64,000 bases of DNA from the NCBI GenBank assembly GCA_963674965.2, contig CAXXFL010000006.1, forward strand, positions 544,001-608,000, read 5' to 3'. This DNA comes from a bacterium (GTDB lineage Bacteria > RBG-13-61-14 > DATKZS01). Shown piece by piece: positions 23,001 through 30,508 of the stretch. Each line of letters opens with the position of its first letter. Position 1 is the stretch's first letter. Under the pieces are notes generated by a model. The model ran no database searches. It was not told where the DNA came from and worked only from the letters and a program-made list of their open reading frames with translations. A program made the translations under genes and the position numbers.

Positions 23001-23944
23001 ATATCGTTCCGGGAGGAGTCAGGGTCCCGCTCGAAAAAGCCGGTCCCACCGGCGTTAATGCATTGGGACCCGATCTGAAGTCCGTGATCGATGTAGTTGG
23101 CGTCCCAGAAATTCGGGTTCGCGCAGATGTTGCCCGTGCCGGTGACCAGCTCGCAAACGTCGGTATAGTCGACGGTGCCTCCGGAAGCCAGGTCAAGCTG
23201 GTCATCGTTTCCATAGATAATCGCGTTCCTGATGGTCGTGGTGGGCTCCGGATAAGTAGAGGTAGTTCCCGTTTCGAGGCCCACGCTGTTTCCCGAGATA
23301 GTATCGTTGGTGGATTTCAACTCCAGGTAATAGCCGGAATAGGTATGGACCGCCTTAACGCCTGATTTATTGCCGATAATGAGATTGTTCGAAGTGTTCT
23401 GGTAAGCCCGCCAGCCTGGAAAATACGAGGGCACCGTCGCGTAAATGCCGACTTCGTTACCCCTGATAATACTGTTACTGATGGAAAAGTGCGAGCTTGC
23501 GCTCTCGAGTCCGGCCGTTCCGTTTTGCAGGATAAGGCCGTCGATAAATATCATCTGCTCCATATTGGTTATGGATATGGCCGGCCCCGTTCCCCCGCCG
23601 TCGACTATGGTCCTGAAAACGGGCACGTTACGGGCCCAGCCCGACGGGTTGTACCCACCCAAAAGGGAAAGGTACTGGTAATCGATCTCGACGTTTTCTT
23701 GGTAAACTCCGGCGGCCACGCAGATCGTGTCTCCCCATCCCACGTTGTCCACGGCGTGGCCTATCGTGGCCCAGGGCATACCTTGCGTTCCATAGCCGGA
23801 GGTGTCGTTTCCCGTGGTGATGGACACGTACAACTTGGTCGCCCGCGCCTGGCCGGCAAAAAGCAGAAAGCCGAGGGCCGCCATGAAAGCGAGAACGGAC
23901 GGCCTCCAGGAAAATAATCCGCGGGTTTTCGTCGAGAGCTTCAT
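11024..23944 (-). CDS. Giant secreted multidomain protein (4306 aa): beta-helix, DxDxDG Ca-binding repeats, propeller-like repeat blocks, Ig-like domains, C13/clan CD peptidase domain, carboxypeptidase-regulatory-like domains, dockerin-like C-terminus
   Basis: Signal peptide ending AQARA-like (GQARA); RBS AGGAGG; many DTDGDG..D..E repeats; recurring WTGSEYGVAW blades; YLLDHGG and IYDACYSGSF dyad motifs; two EF-hand-like loops near the C-terminus. Confidence 0.9.
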   Translation of the reverse strand: MKLSTKTRGLFSWRPSVLAFMAALGFLLFAGQARATKLYVSITTGNDTSGYGTQGMPWATIGHAVDNVGWGDTICVAAGVYQENVEIDYQYLSLLGGYNPSGWARNVPVFRTIVDGGGTGPAISITNMEQMIFIDGLILQNGTAGLESASSHFSISNSIIRGNEVGIYATVPSYFPGWRAYQNTSNNLIIGNKSGVKAVHTYSGYYLELKSTNDTISGNSVGLETGTTSTYPEPTTTIRNAIIYGNDDQLDLASGGTVDYTDVCELVTGTGNICANPNFWDANYIDHGLQIGSQCINAGGTGFFERDPDSSRNDMGFTGGPDSAFWDGDFDGIPNTWETFYGFSAGDSSDAILDGDTDGLINRVEYFLGTHPGSDDTDSDGMEDGWEHSYSSCGLDPLAVDSLLDADGDSVTNIIEYGNSTDPCDPDTDGDGFSDYDEIYLWGTSPSTPDGDTDSDGLPDQVETNTGVYAGTTNTGTDPNDPDTDDDGVLDGFEVIRGSNPHDSKIASSVKMAGSARVVRGSSSGVGRPAMADYDSGLGVCWYEGYSTIYDIYYVPLTYYGSSVDPVVQITGGTGVARNCSIAWNESNWLFGLAWQSNVYGNYEIIFNRISPTGMPMGSDRRITNSTLNRGNPKLVWDQNGYGLAWEDWRGGMPDIYFRRLTNLGGFASSELQVTTDTNRQYLPDFVWTGSEYTAAWYDNRDAIYQVYAAGITSGATVTYENRITYNSVNASAPALEWAGDALGMAWSSNDSTILFQRMESDGDTLGPESILTSDGNESVSPDIAWNEDDGEYLVVWQDDRDGNYEIYCGLLDDKGNVSLKESRLTNSMDDDYLSSSKQGVLWTGSEYAMVWVQQEYGSTHETLQFSRIALDADGDGLLASQEIPAGADPDNWDTDGDGMSDGFEILAGGSCGLMVGWGDSLGDPDGDLLSNLEEYGNSTDPCAVDTDGGGEDDKREVDAGRDPLNPLDDVPLVYPVVIISDTAAGNSRPDLAIDDAGDINVVWEQWGGTGPDFIVHNIKDGSTGWATPLTVSSGDDNRHPEVVIDASGVVHVFFEDTLYGYSSDIAHSFWNGGSWSGPVTAKATSEEEYWPQAMAMGDTIELVYQRGDSDLSDVYHFTIESGGNTTAEYRISYPGYYSYRPGLGLDGSSLSVYWYEGTDDGEIYVSDYSPGEGWEYQQQIYGGYTSTYHIPSAVTSGDGVYLFWLNSAYIRMGKKTAAGWQYGQDIFGGYEAHAAARQSDGLVALAWTNSSDNLYLGFLVGEEWYSVLAGNSAADPKCSFGPEGDLHVVWSGNDWDGGDIYYGRFNMTLDTDGDSLSDFLEDLAGTDYTMADTDGDGMDDHWESMYGCVNAMVGDSASNGDEDSLTNMQEYMLGTNPCEEDSDGDGMGDDWEYLYMYCGLDPTVGDSLLDGDTDGLGNIYELASGTNPCDEDSDGDGMEDGWEVNYGSICGLDPTYYDATWDYDFDGLSNIDEFLNDALPCVSDTDGDSVTDGDEVNLYLTYPDDIDSDDDGFDDGKEVYFWLTDPMVWNDDGDSDSAPDAVETDTGVYNGPSNAGTDPYDNDTDGDGVDDGIEILNGSNPLDPDITPYPGDMGRIGDEVRVTYAGAYAINPTLLWRGTEYGLFWEDNRGDSDLNVFFERLDMFGDTLGPDVRLKLENDTQAHTDAVWTGSEFGVSWKYSASQDSIYFTRVGVDGSTIISPAAISELTIESIGYPSIAWTGSEYGVAYQKYRLGANTEVLFQRVAVNGDTVDGVRIVSNSSGDAQAPSLVWADGEFGLAWEDWGALDVKFARLAADGDTIGPQISLSGGATTQCPENPKLVWTGDEYAAAWEDYRDWYGEIFFTRVGADGDTIGPNLRITYSGGLYEPTMPDLVYGHSAFGLAYEFRPTTYKEIFFIELDLAGSTLCAPIQVSEDDVDTSQAPSLDWNGSEYGVAWRDGRIEDEIWFARVGMGGTNADTDGDGLTDAEEINDYETDPYDWDTDDDGMDDGWEVMVGSSCYIDPNYFDSDLDADYDYYTNLFEYQNGHNPCVYEDTDADGMPDGYEYMYGCLMINTVDNMLDADGDTLTNWFEFTNRPQLDPCDPDTDADGLTDYQELYDTMTNPINWDTDGDDMPDGWEVENGLNPNLYDASGDPDYDGLSNLNEYLNGTDPNDWDTDDDSLGDGFEVYNSETDPTDEDTDHDDLTDFEEVMHVYGYFTNPLSPDTDMGGELDGSEIAGGRDPEDPYDDAGFAPFGKRLLVSSGDTATDAWAPTLAWTGSQYGVAWTEMDALYDYNIIFARINEFGDTVLGGTTITSHIMDDVNPKLTWGSSEFALVWERGGDDSYFIQIDQYGDTAGPEKPFANDAMDLETYPDVAWTGSEYGAVYINWLADGNEELFFTRLDQNGDTLMPGVQLTSSAPYGGAHSPTIAWSGSEFGVAYEWDMPGEGSTVEIYFTRIDDAGNVLSLGQQITHSAMFSYHGEPSLAWHDDGLFGLAFKYIDYMWCNVQFVGISADGDTLETPFTVSEGYSYNCGDADITAGNHEFGIAYFQWESDSGRDMIFLSRVHVGGFQMGYPISISGDSANAYYPSIEWTGSVYGVAWFVVGNTLDGIMFDQVGFDNDGDYLPDAAEAAYGTDPNDPDTDGDGLWDGEEIITYGTDPNQVDTDGDGLSDYVEVNYPVLSDPLDPDMDDDGRNDGDEYTYGSDMFTANGDPVTICSSEPYENGNTVWVIFANTTEPTSLVTLYVSWNGSLFQNSGYTARQEFGEFQYVPQYGEGTYRFYTRGFFSPIHVEPPKSSAEATTIVDWTDPSSSASSPPYGGDVAFPVTWTADEDCAEVSLWYSHDGGEMTLFGSTDSGSSGSFLFGSTANGTYEFSTIAVDRAGNVEESPAIPDCSTFIDVSPPVIDGMSVMLESYWLSEGSTLWIGWDEATDPDSEVGYLYAIGAAPGGTEYLGYTGVGYSCTVGYCQVTAQGLLLSDGDSVVATVIAVNQGGVSASPVSSDVSKMDIVGPQLISASPYDGDVILSDTITVQVVLYDKTSGIDTPAYPVLALDEDVLALGVDYNEVWTGNTVTIDLTQQGLDDHLVEVKAGSKLGTHSLSILADDVASTGRALDRNLVFTIDKPGLVVITPSVVEVPTNGDTVDFKVTGGIPPYDWSYTGGTAVVEGTTLHYAPGPDPGSYLVAVVDTRGVSFAADVKLTKLVFQIQPQAVGLAPGETQEFRVVGGTAPYEWYALGGMISIGDGDTFMFQAGSIYGEYTISVLDSSTPADVVSAKITITEDVGRAVIVAGGGLLDDNRLVNNINYLANFAYKTLISRGFTPDKIFYMNPNKTQTFDGNGDGYYNDVDALPSLDNMRYAITGWAAAEGGTVDGHWFNGPTSPVSSDPDVPLTVYLLDHGGVDSFLVDRIVVGETVTPVVLSADSLDGWLDDIQTSHPCRVNVIYDACYSGSFIDNLGSGSADRIVISSASATSPAFFTVNGTVSFSQFFLNNVMAGQDIKSSFNLAAAAIKGWSGQSPRLDDNGDGVYVASGADRDGAYSEGKYLGSEFFTGDETPDLQASPSVEIDSGDTATIWVDVMNFNDIAGVYAVITPPGYEAPTIDESFETPKIEDDLIPIVHLTDPDGDDRYEHVFTQTQSDNIFTINGDYTVTVYAKDSAGNLSDPATTYITLRGMDAYEPDNDETQASSITVGSSTGQLHNFHSDVDEDWIVFYGNEGNPYVVYTGNLGENCDTYMELYKLNGSTLDLVDFNDDFHESESYIYFVADGATYYAMVRHSLSGYGAGTSYSLYVDQESGTFGSLNGKVTDLATGFGVQGARVQVIWQMPTTGTIVYTSGGGQYYINGTVPSGSGYLCSYSATNYSSKTELCPVINENSTSTKNVVLSPFASTGVLLGKVTDEHGDPLGGLSLEISGKSASTDHKGEFSIRLVQASNHYIFAALDGYETYLVEDLEVSDGETTRHDFSMTPVGGVDTDGDGIEDSVEDGVGCLDSEDYDSDDDGLCDGNTSVMDGDTVLCAKGEDLNADGVVDSTESSPCDDDSDDDGLDDYEETVTYGTGSTAWDTDGDHLPDPFEVANSSGHSNNLNPLDDSDGCSADFDADGNPNCHEYYNDTDLWDENVTGGPGCFYWTDSGNTTSADGLLSPLDVNTLKSRIALSSVSYTGVIPPNGDTQELDMDEIVSSLDLSLLRQMASLQSVSSVPGRPTSLELVGDSIVNVDVGSTVRVTIGVKNDYPNYTAGFGVVFEIDGAGSTGSAVILGGEGDSGSGRYDISGAIASGGRSTIVLRATAAGTIYLKASTPECGSGGLGRYCAAITEDRIVTIVAQ

Positions 23945-24443
23945 AACCTTAATCCTCCTTGCGCTCCGGGGAGCGATGACGTCAACAGGGTGGTCTCAAT
24001 ATATCTGTAAAAAATTGGAATCACGCGAGAAGCGCCGGCGGCGCCGCGAAAAGTCGGCTTGGACCTCTCATTATGAGAGTATATATCGGAGCGCGGGTCG
24101 GCGTAGCGCAAAACAATCTCCCTGTGCCCGAGAAGCCGAATCGGCCCTTTACCCTGGTCCGAGTCGAGGGAAGTCCAGAATCCTCTTGAAGTTGAACGTC
24201 AGCCGGCCTTGTGCAGCCAGAGCTAGAGCCTTGGAGTCTGAGCGCGAACCGGCGGACACGCGGCGCTTCGATTCCCCGTGAAAAGCGCCTCAAAAAATTA
24301 CCCTTTCTTCTAAAAGTCCCTAAAGAAGACTTGATTACAATAGACGAAGAGGAGTCAAAAATCAAACCAAAAATACGCGCCGCGTCCTTCTCCCTACGAT
24401 AATACGGCGTAATTCCAGGGCTTGGGCTTCGAGCGAATATCGG

Positions 24444-24659
24444 CTAATCTCCCAGGGCGGACGCCTGTTTTTCCTTTTGCCGTATTTTGTAAGCGGCGTA
24501 TACCATGGCCGCCATTGCCGGCGTCGTAACCACGCCGAGGGCGATCAGCTTCGGCTCACCAGTCATCAGCGCCCCAATAGCCGCTCCCTGCAGCCAGAAG
24601 CCGAAATAGGCAATAATCGGAAAATAATCCAGATACTTATCCATGTTTATATCCCCCAT
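24444..24659 (-). CDS. Small membrane protein
   Basis: 71 aa with two hydrophobic segments and a basic tail; overlaps the end of the upstream gene. Confidence 0.55.
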   Translation of the reverse strand: MGDINMDKYLDYFPIIAYFGFWLQGAAIGALMTGEPKLIALGVVTTPAMAAMVYAAYKIRQKEKQASALGD

Positions 24660-25558
24660 ACGGTCAAATTCACCGTGCTATCCAGTATCTGCATGGTTAT
24701 CGTCCCGTAAATTATAAAGAAAATCAGTATGCAAATCTCCAGTCCCATAAGCAGGGCATAGAAGATGACCGCCGCCTTCGACGGCCCCCACCTCGAGACC
24801 ATGGCCGGTAACTTCTCAAAAACTATGGCGAAAACGAATATGAGCAGGAACCAGCCAATAAAGTTGGAAAGAGGTATGGAAAACAGGTTTATCCTGTCGC
24901 CCTCGAACCAGATCCAGGACTTGAAAGTCTCGTGGGTCTGCACCGGGTCCAGCCAGAGATCGAGGTTCATGGCCAACAGGCCGCCCAGGCCGGCCTTGGC
25001 CACTATCCCGGCCCGGGGTATGATTATGTCCGCCACGTAAACGCAAGAATAGGCCACGAAAAACCATCCCAGGCAGGCGAGGAGAGGCGTCTCGAGGAAC
25101 CAGAAAAATCCTCGCGTGAAGAAATATGTCCCCGTCACTTCCTTAGCCCCTTCTCCCAGGGCCGCGTCGGCCACCTGGGCCCCGCCAAGCGCCTGTATCT
25201 CGGCCTGGTAGCGGCCGAGTAAAATCCACATGCTTTCCTCAACGCCGGTAAAGACAAAGGACCCGCCCAGGAAGATCATGGCGCGATAGATGCCCAGCCT
25301 CTTCCAGGCGTGGTGGAAACAAAGCCAGGCCAGGAAGACGGGTATAAGATCGAGGGCGAACATTTCTCCATATCCGGAGAAAGGAACTCCCAGTTCGGCG
25401 TTGGAGGGCACGTTGAAGACCCCGGGAAAGGCGTGGTGAATAACGGTAAAAATAAGGGTCGAGATCACCAAGCTTATACCGATGATCCAGCTAACCCTGA
25501 TCTCCTCGGGGTTGGCCTGGGCGGCGAGGCTTCCGTCGGCCAGTACGATGTTAGGCAT
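24647..25558 (-). CDS. Polytopic membrane protein, CruF/DUF422 (carotenoid hydratase-like) family
   Basis: Motifs PLLACLGWF, MNLDLWLDPV, WIW, FSIPLSNFIGW; RBS GAGGAGG. Confidence 0.7.
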   Translation of the reverse strand: MPNIVLADGSLAAQANPEEIRVSWIIGISLVISTLIFTVIHHAFPGVFNVPSNAELGVPFSGYGEMFALDLIPVFLAWLCFHHAWKRLGIYRAMIFLGGSFVFTGVEESMWILLGRYQAEIQALGGAQVADAALGEGAKEVTGTYFFTRGFFWFLETPLLACLGWFFVAYSCVYVADIIIPRAGIVAKAGLGGLLAMNLDLWLDPVQTHETFKSWIWFEGDRINLFSIPLSNFIGWFLLIFVFAIVFEKLPAMVSRWGPSKAAVIFYALLMGLEICILIFFIIYGTITMQILDSTVNLTVWGI

Positions 25559-25635
25559 ATGTCCCTCCTCTTTGGGTTTTTGCCCCTATATATAACAAAC
25601 GTTATGGCCTTATGGCAAGAAAAAAATACAAAAAG

Positions 25636-26442
25636 TTATCCGGGCCAAAGCTCGGGAGGCGCGGCCTCGGCCGTGCACCTTCCCTCCTCCTGGCAACTAT
25701 ATGGGCCGGACATAAGCTCGAACTTCTCGCCCCCGCCCTCCCCCATCACCACCAGGTGCGGGTCGTCCTTTAAAAGCCAGAAGTAGTTGTCGGGAACGAC
25801 GTACCCCAAAGCCCCGGCCAAAGTCATGCGAAACTTATAGCACTCGAACTCACCAGCCGGTACCTTGATCTTCTCGGTCCCCAGTGGAATTAGATAAATG
25901 GAGAACACCCGGGGTTTCTGGAGAAGGGCGTTGGGCTCGGCCACCAGAACGTCCACCGGGGCCAGCGAGTCCTTTTCCCCAAAGGGATACCCCTTCAGGA
26001 GGAAGGCAAAGGACTCGGTGTCGTGAACGCCCCTCGCCGCCTCGACCACCACGTCCATGGGGTAAGGAACTCCCTCCCGTATGACCCGAGCCTTGTCGTC
26101 TCCGTAGAGGCGCTTGATGAATTTCTTCTCGTCCTTCCATTCCTCGATGGAGGCGATGGGGGTGAGGTCCGAGGCCCGCATGGTCACGCGCCTTATCCGG
26201 TCGTCGAACGCGCTGACGGACTGGTAGGCCTTCTCGCCCCCGACCTCGATCTCCTTGGCGAAGACTTTATAGACCTCGGACTTCCCGCTCTCCTGCGAGG
26301 TCCTTCTGTACTCGACCTCCATCCCGCAAGTCGGGGCCCGGGCCTCCATCTTCACCCGCTTCTCGCCCCAGCCGAAAAGGGCGAGCGGAACCAGCGCGCA
26401 TAAAGCCGCGAAGAAAAAGGCCAGCCTGGTCTTGAATTTCAT
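25636..26442 (-). CDS. Exported hypothetical protein (DUF3108-like)
   Basis: Signal-like MKFKTRLAFFFAALCALVPLA; GTEKIKVPAGEFECYK motif. Confidence 0.6.
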   Translation of the reverse strand: MKFKTRLAFFFAALCALVPLALFGWGEKRVKMEARAPTCGMEVEYRRTSQESGKSEVYKVFAKEIEVGGEKAYQSVSAFDDRIRRVTMRASDLTPIASIEEWKDEKKFIKRLYGDDKARVIREGVPYPMDVVVEAARGVHDTESFAFLLKGYPFGEKDSLAPVDVLVAEPNALLQKPRVFSIYLIPLGTEKIKVPAGEFECYKFRMTLAGALGYVVPDNYFWLLKDDPHLVVMGEGGGEKFELMSGPYSCQEEGRCTAEAAPPELWPG

Positions 26443-26711
26443 TTGGCCCTTAATAGACCACAGGGTATACCCGATGTCAACGGAAGGTTTGCGAAGGGTT
26501 TGGTGATCATAGCGCGCGTAATTTTTGGCGCGCCCCTGGAGGGAATATTTCCGAAGGGGGCCATTTTCTGATAAAATCTCATTTCGAATCGGCCATGGGA
26601 CCCAAAGGCGCCTGAGCGCTAAAGTCAATCCTCGTCACGATTAGAATCAGGCTTCCTTCTTTCGAGTCAAGGCGGCTGGAGTTGGAATCCTCAGAAACCA
26701 TGGGGCTGGAT

Positions 26712-29438
26712 ATGGAAAAAATATCTGAACGAAACTGGCATGCTCTTTCCGCCGATGAGGTTATAAATACTTTCGAAACCAACGTCGCCAACGGTCTGGC
26801 CGGCGATGAGGCTTATAAACGCCTTGAATTATTCGGACCGAACGATCTGACCAAGAAAAAGGGGCAAGGCCCGATAATCCGTTTTCTTCTTCAGTTCAAT
26901 CAGCCACTTGTAATTATTCTCCTCGTCGCGACGGTGGTCACTTTCGTTCTTGGCGAATACGTCGATTCGGCGGTCATATTCGCGGTGGTTCTGGTCAACG
27001 CGATAATCGGCTTTATCCAGGAGTCCAAGGCCCTCAAGGCGATCGAGGCTCTGGCCAAAGCCATGACCAGCGAGACCACGGTAATGCGTGACGGCGAGCG
27101 ACGCCGATTGAATTCCAAGTCCCTGGTTCCAGGCGATATCGTGATTCTTCAGTCTGGGGACAAAGTTCCGGCGGACCTCAGGCTAATCAGGACTCGCGAA
27201 CTTCAGGTGGACGAGAGCGCGCTGACGGGCGAGAGCGTGCCCGTCCAGAAGGAGCAGACCGTTCTGGACGCCGAGATGGGAGTCGGCGACCGGCGCAACA
27301 TGGCCTATTCTTCAACGCTGGTTACCTACGGCGGCGGACAGGGAGTAGTCGTTTCCACGGGTGACGACACGGAGATAGGCAAAATCAACGAACTGATCGC
27401 GTCGGCGGACGTTCTCGAGACCCCTCTTACCCAGAAAATCCACCACTTTTCCAATATCCTTCTGTACGCGATCATGGGCATGGCCATCCTTACCTTCGTG
27501 GTGGGGTTCCTTCGCGGGCAGGACTGGGTGGAAATGTTCATGGCCTCAGTGGCGCTCGCCGTGGGAGCCATACCGGAGGGACTGCCCGCGGCCATCACCA
27601 TAACCCTGGCTATCGGCGTATCCAGAATGGCGAAAAGAAACGCCATTATCAGGAAACTTCCCGCCGTCGAAACCTTGGGCTCGACCATGATTATTTGCTC
27701 CGACAAGACCGGCACTCTTACCCAAAACCAGATGACCGTACAGGACATGGTGGCCGGGGGGGCAAGATACTCGGTAAGTGGGGTGGGCTACGCGCCGGCG
27801 GGAGAAATTCTGGAGGACCAAAAGAAAGCGGACCCGGAAAAGAACCTCGCCCTGCGCGAGTTGCTTATTGCCGGGGCGCTGTGCAATGATTCGTCCATCG
27901 ACGAGACCGACGAAGGCTGGAGGGTCGCGGGGGACCCCACGGAGGGAGCTCTAATAACGTCAGCCATGAAAGCCGGCTTCACTCCCAAGGAATTGGCAAC
28001 CCAACTTCCACGCCTTGACTCTATCCCCTTCGAGTCCGAGCGCCAATACATGGCAACCCTCCACGACCAGGGCGAGGGCAAGCCCAGGATCATCTACGTT
28101 AAGGGGTCCATCGAGAGCATTTGCGTGGAATGCAACGTGACTTTCGGTCCAGACGGTTCCTCACATATCCCGGGCAAGGGCCAGGTGACCGAATGGGTGG
28201 AGTCCATGGCCGACAAAGGACTCAGGGTACTGGCCTTCGCCAGAAAGGAGGTCGGTCCCGAGACAAATGAGATCACTCACGCCGACGTCGAGCAAGGGAT
28301 AGAGTTTATCGGTCTCCAGGGCATGATCGATCCTCCCCGACCCGAGGCCATCGAGGCCGTAAAAGCCTGCCAAGCGGCCGGCATCAGAGTAAAAATGATT
28401 ACGGGGGACCACGCCGGCACGGCCGCCGCCATCGCCAGGCAGATTGGGCTTTGCGGGGAAAGCTGCTCATATCACTCCCGCGAGGTCCTGACCGGCAAGG
28501 ACGTGGCGAGCCTACAAGACGAGGAACTCGTGGAACAGGCAGACCGCACGGCCGTCTTCGCCAGGGTCTCTCCCGAGCAGAAGCTCCGCCTGGTGGAGGC
28601 GTTGCAGAAGAGACGCTACGTGGTGGCCATGACTGGAGACGGCGTCAACGACGCTCCGGCGCTGCGGCAAGCCAACATTGGCGTGGCCATGGGCGTCACG
28701 GGCACCGAAGTATCGAAGGAATCGGCCGATATGGTCCTCACGGACGACAACTTCGTCACCATCAAGGCGGCCGTTGAGGAGGGCCGCGGAGTATTCGACA
28801 ATCTCATTAAATTCATAACCTGGACCCTTCCCACCAACGGCGGTGAAGGACTGGTGATTTTAACCGCCATCTTCCTCGGCGCCAAGTTGCCAATACTTCC
28901 GCTCCAGATACTCTGGATCAACATGAGTACCGCCCTGCTTTTAGGGCTGATGCTGGCCTTCGAGCCGAAAGAACCCGGCATTATGACCCGACCTCCAAGG
29001 AACCCGGACACGCCAATCCTCACCAGGACTCTGATCATGAGGGTTGTTCTGGTGAGCGTTCTTCTCGTTATTGGGGCATTTGGCCTGTTCAAGCTTGAAA
29101 TGGCCCTGCGGGGAGCCAGCGAGGACCTGGCAAGGACCTTGGCGGTCAACGTCTTCGTCTTCGGGGAGATGTTCTACCTGTTCAATTGCCGGTCCATTAC
29201 CAAACCCTTCTGGTCCCTGGGGATTTTCAGCAACAAGTTCCTTTGGGGCGGCGTGGCGATAATGGCCATGCTCCAGGTGGCCTATACTTATATCCCTGCC
29301 TTTAACGGCGTTTTCCAGAGCGAGCCCATGGGGCACGTTGAATGGCTCCTGGTGATAGGCAACAGTTTGCTGATTTTCATCATCGTGGAGGTCGAGAAAT
29401 GGGTGAGAAGATCGAGAGGCCAAAACCCCATAGCCTGA
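26712..29438 (+). CDS. Cation-transporting P-type ATPase (type II, Ca2+-ATPase-like)
   Basis: LTGES, IPEGLP, CSDKTGTLT, MIDPPR, MITGD, MTGDGVNDAPAL, QILWINM. Confidence 0.95.
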   Translation: MEKISERNWHALSADEVINTFETNVANGLAGDEAYKRLELFGPNDLTKKKGQGPIIRFLLQFNQPLVIILLVATVVTFVLGEYVDSAVIFAVVLVNAIIGFIQESKALKAIEALAKAMTSETTVMRDGERRRLNSKSLVPGDIVILQSGDKVPADLRLIRTRELQVDESALTGESVPVQKEQTVLDAEMGVGDRRNMAYSSTLVTYGGGQGVVVSTGDDTEIGKINELIASADVLETPLTQKIHHFSNILLYAIMGMAILTFVVGFLRGQDWVEMFMASVALAVGAIPEGLPAAITITLAIGVSRMAKRNAIIRKLPAVETLGSTMIICSDKTGTLTQNQMTVQDMVAGGARYSVSGVGYAPAGEILEDQKKADPEKNLALRELLIAGALCNDSSIDETDEGWRVAGDPTEGALITSAMKAGFTPKELATQLPRLDSIPFESERQYMATLHDQGEGKPRIIYVKGSIESICVECNVTFGPDGSSHIPGKGQVTEWVESMADKGLRVLAFARKEVGPETNEITHADVEQGIEFIGLQGMIDPPRPEAIEAVKACQAAGIRVKMITGDHAGTAAAIARQIGLCGESCSYHSREVLTGKDVASLQDEELVEQADRTAVFARVSPEQKLRLVEALQKRRYVVAMTGDGVNDAPALRQANIGVAMGVTGTEVSKESADMVLTDDNFVTIKAAVEEGRGVFDNLIKFITWTLPTNGGEGLVILTAIFLGAKLPILPLQILWINMSTALLLGLMLAFEPKEPGIMTRPPRNPDTPILTRTLIMRVVLVSVLLVIGAFGLFKLEMALRGASEDLARTLAVNVFVFGEMFYLFNCRSITKPFWSLGIFSNKFLWGGVAIMAMLQVAYTYIPAFNGVFQSEPMGHVEWLLVIGNSLLIFIIVEVEKWVRRSRGQNPIA

Positions 29439-29519
29439 ACAGTGGAGCCTGAAAGCCGCTTGTCTTTAAAAAGTTCTTGGAATACAATTAAGCAATAAAT
29501 TATCCCCAAGGAGAGCGTA

Positions 29520-30416
29520 ATGAAGAAGTACAATAAAATTCTCGTTGCAATTAATCTTGAAGACGAAGATTATTCGTCAACGAAATTCGCGGCCAGGCTG
29601 AGTCATATGGCCGAGTCCCAGGAAGTACATTTTTTCCATGTAACCGATGAACTCGACCTTCCAGAAAGCCTATGCTCCGCCGTGGAGGGAAATACCGGTT
29701 GCGACGCCGTCACCGCCGCCATGAAGGATCGGGTGGAAAAAAACTGGGACGGCTTTGCCAAAACCAGGCTCTCCTTTGACGCGTCCGACGGCGACCTCCT
29801 CAGGGACGCGCTAGCTTACATTAAAAAACAAGAAATGGACGTGGTCATAGTCGAGAAAGTCTGCGGGGGGTCCAAAATACCGGAGAGGCTGGCCAGGAAA
29901 GCCCCCTGCTCAACGCTGCTTGTCCCTCCCGGATCGGAGCCGTCTTTTAAAAACATCTTTGTGGCCATTGACTTCTCCGATCACAGCCGAGAGGCACTCA
30001 CGAGCGCGCTGGCCTACGCGAAGGCCTCGGGGGCCGGCAAGTTAACCTGCGTTCACGTTTATTCCGTTCCCATGGGCTATCACCGGAGCGGAAGGACCCA
30101 CGAGGAGTTCTCGGACATTCTAAAGAAGAACGCGGCCGAAGAGTTCGATAAACTGATGAAATCTTTGGACCCCGGAGACGTTAAAGTCGAGTTGATCGTC
30201 GAGATGAACGAACGCCCCTACCAGGGCATCATCGATATTGTCCGCTCCAACGACGCGGACCTTTTGGTGGTCGGCTCTCGCGGCAGAAGCAAAACCGCGG
30301 CGATACTGTTGGGATCGGTAACCGAGCGTCTGATAGAGGCCTGTAACGTTCCCGTCTTGACCATCAAGAAAAAGGGACAGGGACTTTCGATCCTGGAGGC
30401 CATGTTCGACCTCTGA
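29520..30416 (+). CDS. Tandem-domain universal stress protein
   Basis: KILVAINL and NIFVAIDFSDHS domain starts; DLLVVGSRGRS...LLGSVTERL...PVL. Confidence 0.9.
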   Translation: MKKYNKILVAINLEDEDYSSTKFAARLSHMAESQEVHFFHVTDELDLPESLCSAVEGNTGCDAVTAAMKDRVEKNWDGFAKTRLSFDASDGDLLRDALAYIKKQEMDVVIVEKVCGGSKIPERLARKAPCSTLLVPPGSEPSFKNIFVAIDFSDHSREALTSALAYAKASGAGKLTCVHVYSVPMGYHRSGRTHEEFSDILKKNAAEEFDKLMKSLDPGDVKVELIVEMNERPYQGIIDIVRSNDADLLVVGSRGRSKTAAILLGSVTERLIEACNVPVLTIKKKGQGLSILEAMFDL

Positions 30417-30508
30417 TCGGTCGATCCCGGCGGGACCCTGGAGGACTTGCTTTCAAGAAGGTCATCGAAAGCTTTGACAAGATAATCATTTCTTTCCTCC
30501 TGGGACTG

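Noticed and set aside
24160-24285. RNase P-like (GAGGGAAGTCC) or tmRNA-like (TTCGATTCCCC) fragments
   Set aside because: The other conserved elements and the required length are missing; no CCA end or P4 partner strand found.
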